Origin: Ascidiella aspersa | Taxonomy: Eukaryota | Direction: 5' to 3' | Assembly (NCBI GenBank): GCA_963924565.1 | Contig: OZ004612.1 | Span: 12,524,001-12,588,000 of the forward strand | DNA length: 64,000 bases | Part shown: positions 50,291 through 64,000 of the stretch, in pieces | How positions within the stretch are numbered: position 1 is the first letter of the stretch | Layout: each line of letters begins with the position of its first letter | The notes under the pieces: generated by a model | What the model saw: the letters and a program-made list of their open reading frames with translations, nothing else | Told to the model about the DNA's origin: nothing | Databases searched by the model: none | Program-made: the position numbers and the translations under genes

Positions 50291-53200
50291 CGAAGACTTA
50301 TAGGGTGTACTATGATATGAAAGCCGTTATCGTTGATCAAACAACCATTTCAGAAGGGCTAGATCACAGTATAGTTGTATACGTATGTGTATGGCATCAT
50401 CCTAAGATTCGTTATAGCAATTAGCATGTCGCCGGCACCGAATTATGCGCGTAGCCAATCGTTGTTATTTAAACAATGGCTCGCTCCTGTACCCTTACGG
50501 GAATGCAGGGAAGTTTTGTATAGAAGCGGGCCAACTGACCCCGGACATGTCCCAGCCTTACCCCATTTCAGGCGCCGGTGCTACGGACTCCCTTCCTGCA
50601 TTTTATTGTTTCTTTTTTGTGTATGGGGTCGAAAAGTTGAAGCGGAAAATAGGCGGCCTGTGTGGTGCAATTTTAAAATTGAAAATTTAAATAAAGGTCC
50701 TGAACGATGACATAAAATGCATCTTTTGGTTTATCGCCCTAAGCCTAAAGGGTAAAACTATATGTTGAAATACTTGGGTAGTGTGCTGCAGCTCAGCGTT
50801 TATGCCTTACAAAGGTTATAACAAAATCTGACATGATTTGTTTTAGGCACAAGATTACATTATTGTTTGAACCGGCTACCGAAGGATTTTAGCCGATACA
50901 ATAATGCCAAAATTGATTTGCAAAAGTCAATTCCACCTGAATGTTGCAGGGTCTACAGGCCTGCCAAATTGGTGTCGTCACTTTTACTTTACAAAAATGG
51001 AGTAACGCACTACCGCAATTAATCGCAACCTCCGACGAAACGGAGGGTGAATTTCAACAAAAAATCCACTGTTTCTTTTGTATTTCAACAATTTAACCAA
51101 AAATCACAACCCTGTGGTTTCAATCCAACCATTTACAACTTAAACGGTAAATTTAATAAAAGCTATACAGTAATTTAATAAATTTAACAAAAGCTATATA
51201 GTAGTTTAACAAAGTAGCTAAACCTACTATATCACTAAAGCAATTATCGGTCTACGGCCTGCAAATAAAACCCTTTGGACTTTTCAATTTTATTAATTTG
51301 CTTGTCTGGGCATAAGTATAAACTTCATTTAGTATCGGATCGGATCGCAAGACTTTTTGTCCAAAGTGTTGGGTTTTAAATCGGAAAGCAATGTCAAGTA
51401 GCCGACAACCCTATATGCGCATGAGGTTTTTCGCAAAACGTGGTAAATTGTTAATAAAACAGCAAAGCTTAATCAACGCTTCGATTGTTGTTCGTTCAAA
51501 TGCTGCCACAAAAACGCAGAGATTCTTATAGATATAAACTAAATCAAACGCAAAAATGAGATTTTTCCTGTGCAAGTTTGCCTTTTGTTGGAACGGTTTT
51601 CTTTTGCCGCTAGATGTTTTGCATGAGGCGTGTTCTAACCTTTGTGAGCTTCGGGCAAAATTGCACTGTCGTAATCGTGGCAAAATATCGCAAAATTCAA
51701 ACCGCGTCGAACTGCACCCAAAGACTAAAAGTTCACCGCACAAAAGTCTGCCAGTTGTTTCGCACGCAAGAAAAGGGGAAGCGGCAGACCGAAAACTGAT
51801 TCGCCAAGTTGGATTTAGAAAATCGTTTAATGCTACCAATATTTTCATGATTTTTACCGATTATGAAGTGAAATTTGTCATTCGGACATAAATGATATTT
51901 TACCACATTTTTGTCCGAAGTTGGCCCTGTCCGTATGATGGAACGCGGTCAATTTATGCCGCCTTTGAAAATGCCACTGTACTATATGATTGCGTGCCGA
52001 TCCCCAACGTAGCTGCCGAAACGGGTAAATGGCACAAATCAGGGGTAGAAAGCAGCGGCTGACCGAGGGTGTCGTTCGGCCATGTCTACGTTTTAACGAC
52101 CACATATATTATATAGACGCTGGCCCGCGGCGCAACGCTAAATTAGATATAGATCGAACTGCGAAATTGCCTGTGCGGTAATGGACAAATAGGTGACTGT
52201 GGCTCTATAAGCTGTTAGCACTTCTTCGCCCAAAAGCAAATACACGGGGCGTTAGTAACCTACGCCAATCGCCTGGAGTTCAAGTACTGGGTAAAACGTG
52301 AGAAGGCGTAAGGCGCAAGAAACACTCAGGTATATTAAGCGACTTGTTTGGTTAGCGCCTATTTGCAAACGTGGCAAAAATAAATGTAGGTCCAGACGTA
52401 GACTGATCAAACGATAGTCGACTTTTTTTTCAAGCTTTTCCATCCACTTTTCTTCTGTTTTCGGTATAGGCGGTGCCAATTGTTAGTCGCAGACCAAAGT
52501 TGCAGTACTCAAGTTTAATTTATTTTACAAAGAAACCTAATACTGCAGAAGGGCAGCCGTTGAAGGTATAATAGTTTTTTCAGCAGTGAGCTAATGATTT
52601 TGCTCGTACAGTGGATTGCAGTCTGCTGACAATTAGCCAACACCTAATTTTAGGTCATGGTAACTCCGGGTCAAATTCGGTTAATTGTAGACTTGGAGTT
52701 ACCCCTTGCATAGCAGCTTTCGTGTTTTTTCTACAGCGCGAAGAAGGTACTTTTCTATTACCTATAGACACGAGAGCATCAGGTAAATTATCACAAACCG
52801 TATATCACTAAATTGTCCCAGGCGAAACCAAGCGTTTAAAGATATTGACGTGTTAAAAGGTTGTGTTTATGGCCGCAATAAATCGGTTACGGGTTGCGGC
52901 ATGTCTGCGTCAAAGGCGCCCATTAACATGGCAGCCTACGGCTCGAATAAAAGTGTGACATCAACACCGATTAACACGATCAGCGTCAAGAACATGCGTC
53001 AAAACCCAATTAAGTCGTAACTCCTATACCACAGCGATGCGACGCATAAATTGGCTTATTCTTTTGATACAGAAATCCTATATTTTAGGAAAACCTGATG
53101 GCCGCCGGATCGGATAACAAGTGCAGTTACTACTGTACAAAGGCATTATCACTCAAGTTGAAAGATATAACGTTTTTTTAGGTCAAAAAGGCTTAAGCTC

Positions 53201-54587
53201 TGCAAAAATTGGTTATACCGTCGTTATTGTTATACACTTTTATAAAACAAAATTATCTTTAAAATTGGAAAGCTCAGTTTGTTTTTGGCCATTATGAAAC
53301 GCTGAAATAGATTTGGTATCCGATTAGATAGCACCCTATAGTATCGGTCGAGTTTCGATACTATCACCTGAAATCGGGTTTGCCGAATCGGCTCCGCTTC
53401 AATCGGATTGCTGTTGAATGAATTGCGCTGCTCACGATGAAACTATCTTTAAAAACACGCATCTGACCATTGCCTTTGTCAGTAACTTGGTGTATAACGA
53501 TCGCTACGCCTGTCGCCAAAGCAGTAACCAGCATCAGGAACCGCGGTAGGCTTTTCGAATGCCACGAGACAACAACGACGCCGGGTGATCTGATCAATAA
53601 TTAAACAGGCCCTTGGACCCCTTTCTTTTTTTATCGTCACACTGAACGGTAAAAGGGGTGATACGGACTCGCGTGTTCGTCTTTTTTCGTCCGATGCCAA
53701 AATTGCGAAGGCTTGACGCTTGCCCGCGCGTCGCCGACAGCAGGCCGTATATACACGGAAATGTATTGAGACGGCAAATGGAGTAATGATTTTCCTGTGA
53801 GTTGCAGTCTGTCGCTTTCGGTAGCCTTCAAGATTTCTTAGCTTGAAGCAAGTGATGAATATGCGATGAGTCGTCCAAGTGAAGGGAGGAAAATTCCGAG
53901 CGATTTCCGACTATCGGTCTATTTTTAAATCGTTCTAATTTTAGAGCCTGTACTTTTATTGAAAAGGTTTCGTGTGTAGACGGAAAGACGTTTGTTTGGG
54001 AGATTTGGAAAAAAGTCAAAATAATAATTTCGCGTAGAAGTGTGACAAGACAGTTTATGTGCGCCTTTCGTCGAAATGATTTTATATATATATTACCTTT
54101 AGTCTTACTGGACAATCGAACATTTAAATCTTAGTATTTGCGTATTGGCATAATTAGAAAAAATAATAAATCCAAAATAGAAAAGTTAGGATCTTTGAGG
54201 CGTTAAACAAAGTGGCCAACATCAACATAGCAAATTTTTTTCAAAGCAGCGTGTTTTTTTGAGGAAACATAACACGCCAGGAACATTGTTTTCTACCCGA
54301 CTGCATAACCCCCGTATGTTCAGGCAGTGTTTTATTTCACTCCAAAAGTTTTTCCTGCGCAGTCAGTCATGCCGTCATGCCAGGATACGCAACTCACTGG
54401 CCATTAAACGAGCCAAGTCGTACCAGGAAAAGTTTCTACTGCCAGTGCAACAGAAGAGCGTTTTCCGCTAAAATCCCCTCGCCAATCGACTGGGTATACT
54501 GCTGCTGTAAAGGCATAATGTGTTCAACCGACGCAGTCTTTGTTTTGAAATTCAGTGCGTCACAATGGGATACTGTCGCGTGCATTG

Positions 54588-55608
54588 TGACGTCACAGCG
54601 ATTAGCGGCGTCGTTTGAACCAGCCAGCGAGTGGCAGGTAGTGCGATGATTTAAGCTTCTCCGTTAAGCAGCAGTAAAGTTGAAATATTTTATCATATTG
54701 CCAACAGCGCAGTGTTTTTTGTTGTAACGAAGTTGAGCTTTATTCATCAAAAAAAATTGTTTTACGCGTTGCAGCGAGCGAATTGGGGGAGTTTATCTAG
54801 CTTTAGTTATATTTTACCCCGTTACGTCTTGCTAGTTCGACAGGTGCGCGATCGCACATTAAAAGTGTGACGTCACGCAGCCTGATCGCTGATCCCCTGG
54901 GACCAGGCCAAGTGCAAAGCCGGGCGCAAACTCACGTAGGCAATGCACGGACGAGTATAGTAAAGTTGCTAAAAATCATTTTTGCGAAGTTAATTGTGGT
55001 TGTCTAATTCAAAGGGGCACGTGTTCTCATTTCGATAACAGTTAAGCTTTTAATTTGATATGACCTATAAGAAAGCGACGTAGTTGGTCGTTCATAAGCA
55101 GTATTTAAAAGTTGTTCGATCTTAAGCAGTTTTTGCATCCAGTAACCAGCACTGCAGGGTTAAGGTTTAGCCGAAAATTGTTGTCCAAATTCGCCTTCGT
55201 TAGTACAAGCCGCCTGTGAAGTTTACCTTTTTGGGCTAATAATACTTAAAAGCCACCAATTGTCTATTCAGGGCGTTTAGACCACAGAACCGTCCTAATT
55301 GACCGTGCCTAAACAGCTTGTCGAACAACGGTGTTTTGAGCGGACAGCGTTAAATTATTCATTTCAAAAGAGCCGGCCGCCATTTGAAAGCCAAATAATT
55401 TCCACGCAGCAACATTATAGGGTGGCGTTCCTGAAGTGTTTTTAAAAATAGGTCCAATTTCGCAAAAAAACGTCAGCTTGCTATTTTCGCGCCTGGTCGA
55501 GACGCAACCTTCGGTTTTGTGCTTTGGCCAACACGCGGTAGCACCAGAGTATCGAATTTCCCGATAAATCGCTCAAAATGACCGCGCCATGTCGTAGGAA
55601 TGACGTCA
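54588..55608. promoter_or_regulatory. Cluster of three palindromic CRE (TGACGTCA) sites
   Basis: Exact 8-mers at 54588, 54868 and 55601, with TGCGTCA half-sites nearby, in CpG-rich sequence. Confidence 0.4.
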
Positions 55609-58600
55609 AGCTGATAAATTCGGTAAATCCGTGTCTATAGCGCGTTAACTGGTCACCGTAAAGGGCTTCGGGTCAGCTGACTGGTTAAAATAGTCGCGTA
55701 CTTCATATTGTTGCTCTGTCACGCATCAAACAGCTTGCTGACTTGTAGAAGGTCCAGGTTCCGGCGCGTGCCAGTCACCGAACGAATTTTTGCGACTCGT
55801 GACGTGAATTTGATTCGGACGCGAAAAATGTGAATGGGGCTACAGGAGGGATTCGGGTGAACCCTGCCTTTTGCGTTCGTGCGTCACGTTTCGGAAAGAG
55901 TTTAAGTGTTTTGTATTCGTAGAAGTTGGGCTATGGGTTTACCGCGGTTCGTTTTGCTTAGCTAGTCCCCGAGAGGTTGTGCTGCATTTTGTTTCACTAT
56001 AACTAGTGTTTGGTTTGCGCTATTTGAGTATTGAATCTAGTTTTTCTTCTTTTTTTCTTGACTGTAAATTCCCGTTTCTTGATTAACTATATAGTACATG
56101 GTTTGCTATATATTTTTATCAGGGCTTTAAGCAGAACCAGTGCGCAGCGCACTTTTTGTTTCTAATTATTGAAAAAATATAAACCGTATGTATGGCAGTT
56201 AGGGGCAGATAGAGATGCTAGCATGTTAAAAGACAAAATTCGTGAAAAATACCGTCGGTCGATTGCTAACTGTTGACTCGACTGCGCATTTCAGCAATTA
56301 GCCTTGGAACCGGGTTTCAATCGATCGGTTAACCCCGTTAACGGACAAATACACCGAGGCCATTTAGTTGGTTCGGCCGACAGAATCTTGCCTGTCGAGC
56401 CGAGACGTGAGCTAAAAGGTTCAAAAGGGTAGCCATGCCAAAAACGAAAAAGAGTGGCTTTACAAATAAATTGGATAACGCCTGAATCACCGCCGCAGTC
56501 AACCAGGAGTATGAGTTGCGTTTTTCTTTTTTCTCGGCGTCCCCGCCTACGACGCTAAAATAAAAAACGTATATGGATTTGTCATTTGCTATAGAGGTCC
56601 GTCAGGTGTGCGTTGTTTAGCAGTTGTTTTGCACAGGTGCTTGTACTAAATTACAATAGAGAGGGTGTCTGATATATATTGCGGCCTATTATGGACAGTA
56701 AACGTTTGGTATTCTAAGTTGTTTCCGAAAAACTGTTTTCGTCCGAATTTTTAATTTGGCTAGACGTGACCGTCGGCAATCTATAATTGACTTTATATAT
56801 AATTGTGTGATCTCGCGTTTTTTGTTGCGTTAAGTAATCGGTCGTTTCCTTTATAAGTTTCGAAAGGGCAAATATTTTCCTAATTAATCTCGCTTCGGCG
56901 CTAAACGTCAACTCGCATATGCCAGTGTTTGTTTGGTGCGCTTACGCAACGGTCCACCAGGCAAACGTTTCGTTCAGTTCCTGTCCGTTGCTTTGTGCGC
57001 TGCATGGCTTTAATTCGCAACCACGTCAGAAAGGAATTTACTCCTTGAAAGTCCCGAAAAGCTTAAACAAGCTTATTGGACATTTTGGGTATTGAAAACA
57101 AGTTGATTGGTTAACGAAAATTTGAATGTCAAGATATGGTACGGCTTGTCAAGCAGTAGTTGGCATAGTGTATATATTTTTGCGCCTAGGTTTGCCGAAG
57201 CAAGCAGTGTTATTGCTCACCGGTGCATGTCTATGTCAGTATAGACGTCAGATTAAGTTGTAAACCCATTTTATGAGCAGTCGAATGTTTTTTTAACACT
57301 GACTTCAGTAGTGCAGAAATTTAACTGTAAACCAGGTTAAAACAACAATTATGTAAAAAGCGGCCAAAATATTGACTTCAATAGGGATGCTTGCTTCAAT
57401 TTAACGAGAGTATGTAAACCGGTCTGTCCGGCTACTTTTGCATGAATTCGGACTATACGCATTTCAGCCGCGGTCTACGGGCTGTGTTACGCAAAAACTT
57501 TGACTGCAGCGTCAGTTGTTGTACGTATATTAGGTAGAAGTAATCGCGGAGTAAGTAAGTGCTGGTCTGGCGCCTTTCCCCGGCCCGATTTCCTCAGAAG
57601 CGCGTCGATTCGCTGGATGTGGTGGGCGGCGCGAGTGCGACGCTGCCCGGATGCCGCCGCTCTGCAACTTTGCAAAGAGTATATATAATATGCTCTATCA
57701 GTAGTGTGTTGTTGTGCACGGTGTCGGGTTGTTGCGGCCACCTGCAAGCCGCTGTGGTTTGCCTGTATATTAGGTCGAAGAAAATCGTATATAGATCAAC
57801 AGAATGAGAAAAGCTATCTCCGGTTTTTAAAGAATAATCTGAAAGTTTTTGTAATTTTCTGGGTTTTTAGACGCATTTTACTCGTATTTCGGTTTTGTTT
57901 ATATTTCTTGGTAGTTTTTAAATCGACCAAATGAACTGGCCTGCAATGATAGCTGACACATAATCATATGTAGAGAAAGGAATCAGTATAGAAGACCTGT
58001 CATTTTTTGCGGCGTGAGCTGGTCAGGCGTTTGTTATGCTCGTGCTGTTACTGCTGTTGTGTTGATTGCGAACGAGTCATAGCGTCAGTGTGTGGTCACC
58101 GCGGTACTAATGCAGTAACGGTGTGGCGCAAGTATTTTGCTGTGTGGCAAACCCACGGGACCGAGCTTGTGCCTGTAAATTGGCGCAAGTTGGACGTGTT
58201 TTACCTTATTTTTTGTGGCGTAATTGTTTTTTCGGTGCTTTCGGAATATCGGCTTGCTTAAAATAAAAGTGCCAGGCTGTCATTCATGATCGATATTTAA
58301 CGCAAAAGTACCATCGAGTGCAATTTGCAGTGTGACTGCCCCTGTAACTGTGGCGTAAGTCTTGGTTTTAGTGCAAGTGAGCTAGCCATTAAACTAGCCT
58401 TCGGTAAGAAAGTTAGAATCACAGGTGTAACGAATGAGTATGATATGCTTTATTTTTACTTTCTGTTTAGGTGCGAAAAATGTCTCCAGTTTTAAAATAG
58501 ACTTTTTACCTCATATTGACAAAATAAATCCGTGCAGTCCTGACGAACTAAAATCGTTGCTGTATCGAAAGCGGTGACTGTTTTGCGACGAAATTGAAGG

Positions 58601-61522
58601 GCTTAGAGATTTAAACCGGGCGCTCTTATTTAATATTTATCCGCATCACCAGAGTCGGAATCTCTCCGCTGTTGGTGCTGTGAGCTGCAGAATGCAGATG
58701 TCCCGCTGACCGTCACAATACGCGCCTAATTGGCACGCGCGTCTAATTTCATACAAATGTTTTCCGGTAAAGAGAGAAATGAGCAGAGGGCACGGACCTA
58801 AGACGAAACGGTATTGGCAGTACACAAGCACAAGTGCACGTTTATAGGAAACACAAGTGCACTTTTATTTTTAGTACAGTCTGCAAAGCAGCCGTAAAAA
58901 GGGCAGTTCCATATACAAATGCTGGTTATCGCGTTGTAAATGCGCAAGGCTGGCCAACCTTCGACTTGTAAAACAGGACTGGCTTAAGCGTGATGTACAA
59001 ACGACAGCCGACGGTGGAAAGGTGGTGCGTGTTGTTTTTTGGTCGGTCAATCATTCACCTCTGGTAAGGTAAGAGTTAACAAGACGGCTTTTCCGCAAGC
59101 CTTTATTTCCTATGCAAAGCGCCCGTGGGGAAAGGAGAGACGGCGGTAAAAGCGAAAGTGACGCGATTTTTTTACTGGCTCGATATGTCTTGTGCTATTT
59201 TAGGCTTTGTAAGCGTCGGTCGATGAGTTTACGCAACCACTTCCTGTTGTAAAAATGCCCGCATTTTGCGGCAGAAATACCGGGGTTTATTTGCGCGACT
59301 GTTCGTTAAACACAGACAGCAAAACTCGCTGAAATTGTATTAGTTTATTACGATAATGGTGAACTTTACAGGCTTACAGCTGAACCAAAATCAAGTCAAG
59401 TATGTTGCAGGCGCCAGACAAACGCTCATTGTTATTGCGAAAATAGCGAGATTTAAACAACCAACGTCAATAAGTGGTGGGTAGGGTTGCAACATTATCT
59501 AAGGCGGGAATGCGAATATTATACAAAAATATCACAACAACAACAGCAGCAGTTCATCAGCAGGGTAATCCCGCAACGTTACAAACTCTATATGACTGTA
59601 CATATGGAAACAGAGATCCTGGGTTGTCTCAGTTAGTCGCTTAGTTTGGCCGGTGCACATCAGACAACCATGCTAAGTCGTTCTCCATTATGTGCAACCT
59701 AACTTTGTGCGCTAACGCACCAGCCGCCAGGCGTTATCGACTTATGGGTGTCAAATGCAGCAGGCCTCTACTTGCACCAAATGCAGTTGGTGATGATGAC
59801 TGTTTTGTTTTGGCGTCATGTGCAGACAAGCCGAATACGCAGGCCGCAGGGGCAGCGCGAGTTCGTTTTAGGGGTCGCCCTATACGCGCAGGTCACTGAA
59901 CGGACATGGCTTTGAGGCTGCTCGTTAGATGTTTGGGTTTTATCAGCGGCTCTGTTGATCTTTTAGGCGATATGCTGACATTTTTGCAGTTGTAAGGGAG
60001 GTTCTGTTGGTCCGCTTTGTTTACCTACTTAGAGATCCAGAGTCTCACTGTTGCAAGCTTTCCGTTCAGCCATGCTTTATGCGTTCTGCATTCGCGTTTG
60101 CCAGCATACGCTTTCTTTCCTTCCAACCCCTTCAAATAATGGCGTGATGAAAAGGACACGAATTAAGCATAAGCAAGGCAAATAACAGGCCGCGTGTTCT
60201 TGAAGTTCCTATGCACACTTACAGAAGCTTGTGTAACAACTGGTGCGGCGATTAGTTAGTTTTAAACGGGTTTATGACCTTTAAAAGGTTTTGTGTGGCG
60301 ACGTTCGACAATATTGACATGCTGGCTCCGCGTTTGGCGGCTTAAATATGTTCACCGAAATGGCAGCTTTGTTGCATTTCTGATTTCGCTCTTTGTTTAC
60401 AGTCGAATTTCACGCTGGGTATAAAAGTGCTAAAATTGAAAAGATATCTAATTCTTACGTTTGGTAAGGTCATCGAATTCCATTTCGCCAATAAAAACGT
60501 TTCGTGGCTTTTCGAAAAAACTAAGTGACTAAATCACGTTGCGTTTTTGTGTGGGTGTCATTAAATATAGAAATAAAAACAAACTGCTCCAACCTCCGTA
60601 TCAGAAATGCCTGCAGACATCGCGGATAAACCATGGTATTACGTGTTCAGAAAACCTTATTTCGGCAATGTATTGTGAGTAACATAGTTTAATATTGCCG
60701 CGAAATTTTGAGATGGTCTGTTGTTTCAGCTTAAATCCCCTTGGCCTAATGCCTGTGGAGATGTTCTGTACACGTGTCCATTGTTTCATACAAATTCCGT
60801 ACTCGTGTAGCGGCGTTGCGAAAGCGAACAAGTTACTCACCGGATCAAAATATACTTGTTCGAAACGCGTGCAGCCAGTATTTTCGTCTCTTTGCGTGTT
60901 TACGCCGAAAACAAAACGGCCAGAATAATCGGGCGCCTTATTGATTACACAGATGTGGTTCACGGGTCATTACGAAAGCAATGGCTCGGCGTCTCGGTCT
61001 ATTTATACAGCGATTACTCGCGGTTTTGCGCTGACAAACGCTATTAATAATGCGCTTTCACTGCGCCTTGTTTTTTGTTTGACCGTAAACGCCCCATAGC
61101 TCCTCCTTTTGCTGTGTTGGGAGCATTTGAACTTCACTGTTCTGCAGCTAGGGCTGGAGCTAGGAAGCCGATTTAAACAGTTTTTTTGCAACACGTTTGC
61201 AAGAGTAAACCTATAGATGCCGAACCAGGTATTCTAGCCCTAAGGTCTGTTGTCGTAAGGATGATTTATTAAGTATATAGGATGCCAGAGTTTTTTGTTG
61301 CAGGAGAACACGATCCTTTATGAATTTCACATCATGCATTCTAACGAAATTAAGAAATTACTTTTTTTATAAATTTGCACGCGTGTATGTGCCCGGTTTT
61401 CGATTTTGCCTCCTTTGTTAATAATATTTTCCAATTTCCGCAGATGCAATTTTGGTCGTTTGCCTTAGGCTGTCGCTTGTGTAACTTTGTAAAGTAGTAT
61501 AGCGCAGCAATAAACTGTAAAC

Positions 61523-61621
61523 ATGCCTTACAATCTGTCGCAGTACTTCGGGTCACGTGACGGCTTTCGTCGCACCAACTCAACTGGCCAGTGGAGACCG
61601 CAGCAGGTCGTCGAAGACCCC
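61523..61621 (+). CDS. Candidate first coding exon of an unidentified downstream gene (MPYNLSQYFGSRDGFRRTNSTGQWRPQQVVEDP)
   Basis: taaacATG start context, 33 codons GC-richer than the flanks, phase-0 donor CCC|GTGAGT followed by AT-rich intron-like sequence. Confidence 0.38.
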
Positions 61622-64000
61622 GTGAGTTATGTTTTATTGTACCTTAACTTTTACATTAAGTCCAAAATATCGATAGGTAAATGTCTTTTAGCGAGGAAGC
61701 AAATTTTAAAATTAGGCTCTGCAATACATGTCCCTTTTAAAAGAAAGTCTTGTACTTTTAATAGACGAATCAGGTGGCACTGTATAAAGACAAATTGTAT
61801 TCATTTATCGACAAGCTTTCGCACAACCGTGCTTCGTCAGGTCAAAGTATAGAACGTTGTACTTTAGGATGCCTGGCAAACACACCAAAGGTTTAGAAAA
61901 AATAAGAAAGCGCATGAAAAATAGTCAAACTCGTATTTTTTTACATGAAATATATAAAATGAAATGGTCTGTGTTTAGTGTTTAGGTTTAGGCGATACTC
62001 GAAATACTCGTACCTTCCGTGGCATGTAACCAGTGTGGGAAAAACTAAAAAAAAACATAATAACTATATAGTTGTTAATGTAGATTGAAATATCTGTAAT
62101 TGAGAAAAAAGTACAGCGTAATAGTACTATAAGTTGGACTGGGTAGGTCCCATACCGCTCAGGGCTCGAAAGCTATTAATAAACGTACAATCCGGTTTCG
62201 GTACGTTTACATCCACAACCAAACTAAATGCGAAAAAATTCACGAGCATATGTGAAAGGTTCAAAGCTACATTGTACAGCCGCAAAAAACCTAAAAAACA
62301 GCGGTTTGCTTTTTCAGGGCGCACCATAGCGTGGCTTATAAACGAGTATAGCGCAACAATAAAAAACACCGATTTCCTCTAAAACTTAGTTTCGGGAATT
62401 CACGCCCGCGCATCTGTGTCCAAGCTGTGTGAGTTCGCTCACCGCGTTACGAGTCATACCTGGCACGCTGCACGCCCCAACAAGATCATGACGTCATGCA
62501 TGAATTGCGAGTGACGAAATGCGGTGAAAGCATGGAAATCACCCCTTACTGCGCAGAAATAAATATGGAAATGTTTAGACATCGCCTTTATGGAAGCTTC
62601 GAAAGGAGGCATTTCATCTTTTTCTTGCCTTTTATAGACACATTGATAACAAACGAAACTTTAAATTGTACAGTTAACAGGCTCCAAAAAAATCTCTGTT
62701 TGATGGCTTTCGAAACCCATGATTTCCGTCACAGTAAAAAGGCTATTCTTACATTGCGAACCGCAAATGAAACTGGTTTACGCGGCCGGTTAAACTATGC
62801 TCCAGCAGCTCAAAAATAGCACGAAAAAGGGTTTGCCATTTCATTGTACATCTTTTAACGTGCTTCTTGTGTTGTAAAAGGTTTGCATACCGAAGCGATT
62901 AAACTTGCAGCTTTGGCAGAGTAATGATGGATTGAAGTTACATGCATTTTGGTCTTACGCTGATGAAGCACAACTGTATTGTCAAATCGCACTATGGGTA
63001 GATGCGAAACCGTGAAATGAAACTCGATCCGTTCCCTTATATGGCTTTGAGACTGATTAGGCTGCTTTGCCTGCTTCTCGTGCTCCTTCTCGTTTCTTTT
63101 TGACTGTGATTTTGTACATTGCAACCATAGACAACATTGTTGACAAGGCATTTGTCTGCGGTTGTTCATTGGTACGAAAACACAAATCGCACTTATAAAT
63201 GCTGTTGAACAGTGTTGAAAACAAATATTTTTAAAATGAAGTCCTAGTCATGATATTGGCAAAACAACTCAAGTCCAAGTTAAGTCAGTTCAAATCATTG
63301 ACAGTAAAAATCGCATCTAAGGCACGTCACTGACATTTAAAATAAATTGTATACTTACAAAATCGAAACCACGATATTTTGCATAGCGAACATCAAAAAC
63401 GAAACGAATGTCAAGTCATAGGAAATTAACAAATTTTACTCTAATGTATTCAAATAGAACACTTAAAATTCAAGTCGTTTGTACAAGCGGTTTGAGGGCA
63501 AGTCAAATCAAATTAAATAAATTTAAGTCATTGTCAGTTACTAAAACAGTGCAGTATGCATTTTTGTTGCAATTATACAACTTTACATATAACTTGTAAG
63601 GTCTGCATATAAACACATTCGGTGAATTTACAACAATTGCAGAAATGTCACTCAAAACGAGGGCTAAGAGCCCTATACGATGTTTTGTGGTTTAAAACAT
63701 TATCTTGGCTTGTAAATATAATTTTGGTCTTAGCTTGAGCGTACATTTATTTCATAAGTGATAAGCAAATGAACAGTTTTACTTTGAAGTTGGTTAAAAT
63801 TGTATTTGACGGGGATTATCATTTAAAAGTTCCTACAAATCCGCTGTATTTCAACTTGCTATAAATATAGCCCATTTTGAAATGTCTTTCAACACGTGAC
63901 AAGCAGGACAGATGGCACAGTTTGCGTAAACAGTTCGCCGAAACCGCTCTTGGACCAATACACATATTCTCGGGACGGCCACGACTGGCGTTATTTTGCG

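Noticed and set aside
43174-51891. Longer ORFs 43174-43620 (-), 51411-51848 (-) and 51556-51891 (+) as genes or transposases
   Set aside because: No recognisable domains or exon-like borders; lengths are compatible with chance.
59510-59570. CAA/CAG run resembling a poly-Gln coding exon
   Set aside because: Very short, with stops nearby; cannot be supported as coding.
44880-63334. miRNA seed-like matches (let-7 TGAGGTAG at 44880, miR-200-like TAATACTGTC at 48601, miR-124-like TAAGGCACG at 63318)
   Set aside because: Similarity stops after 8-10 nt and no precursor hairpin is evident.

Overview
AT-rich, intron-containing animal genomic DNA. It is probably an invertebrate chordate such as an ascidian (inferred from compact introns, AAACAAA-ATG starts and dense hAT MITEs; not provable here). 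Two genes lie head-to-head. (1) Minus strand, ~1184-6417: the first six coding exons of an ankyrin-repeat protein, most likely the N-terminus of a TRPA1-type channel that continues beyond the left edge; one intron needs a GC donor. (2) Plus strand, 12065-20641: nine phase-consistent exons giving ~1028 aa. The order is N-terminal transmembrane anchor, short coiled coil, Ser/Glu-rich linker, then a desmoplakin-like tail (two plakin repeat domains plus half a plakin linker). No actin-binding or plakin domain is visible, and a candidate alternative N-terminus lacks the TM. This apparent membrane-anchored intermediate-filament tether is the most novel item. The remaining ~43 kb has no recognisable protein domain. 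It holds many hAT MITEs with 8-bp TSDs (mostly nnnTAnnn), small tandem duplications, CRE palindromes, and candidate 5' exons of a plus-strand gene whose body would lie beyond the window. All gene models were assembled by eye from splice signals and reading phase and need transcript confirmation.
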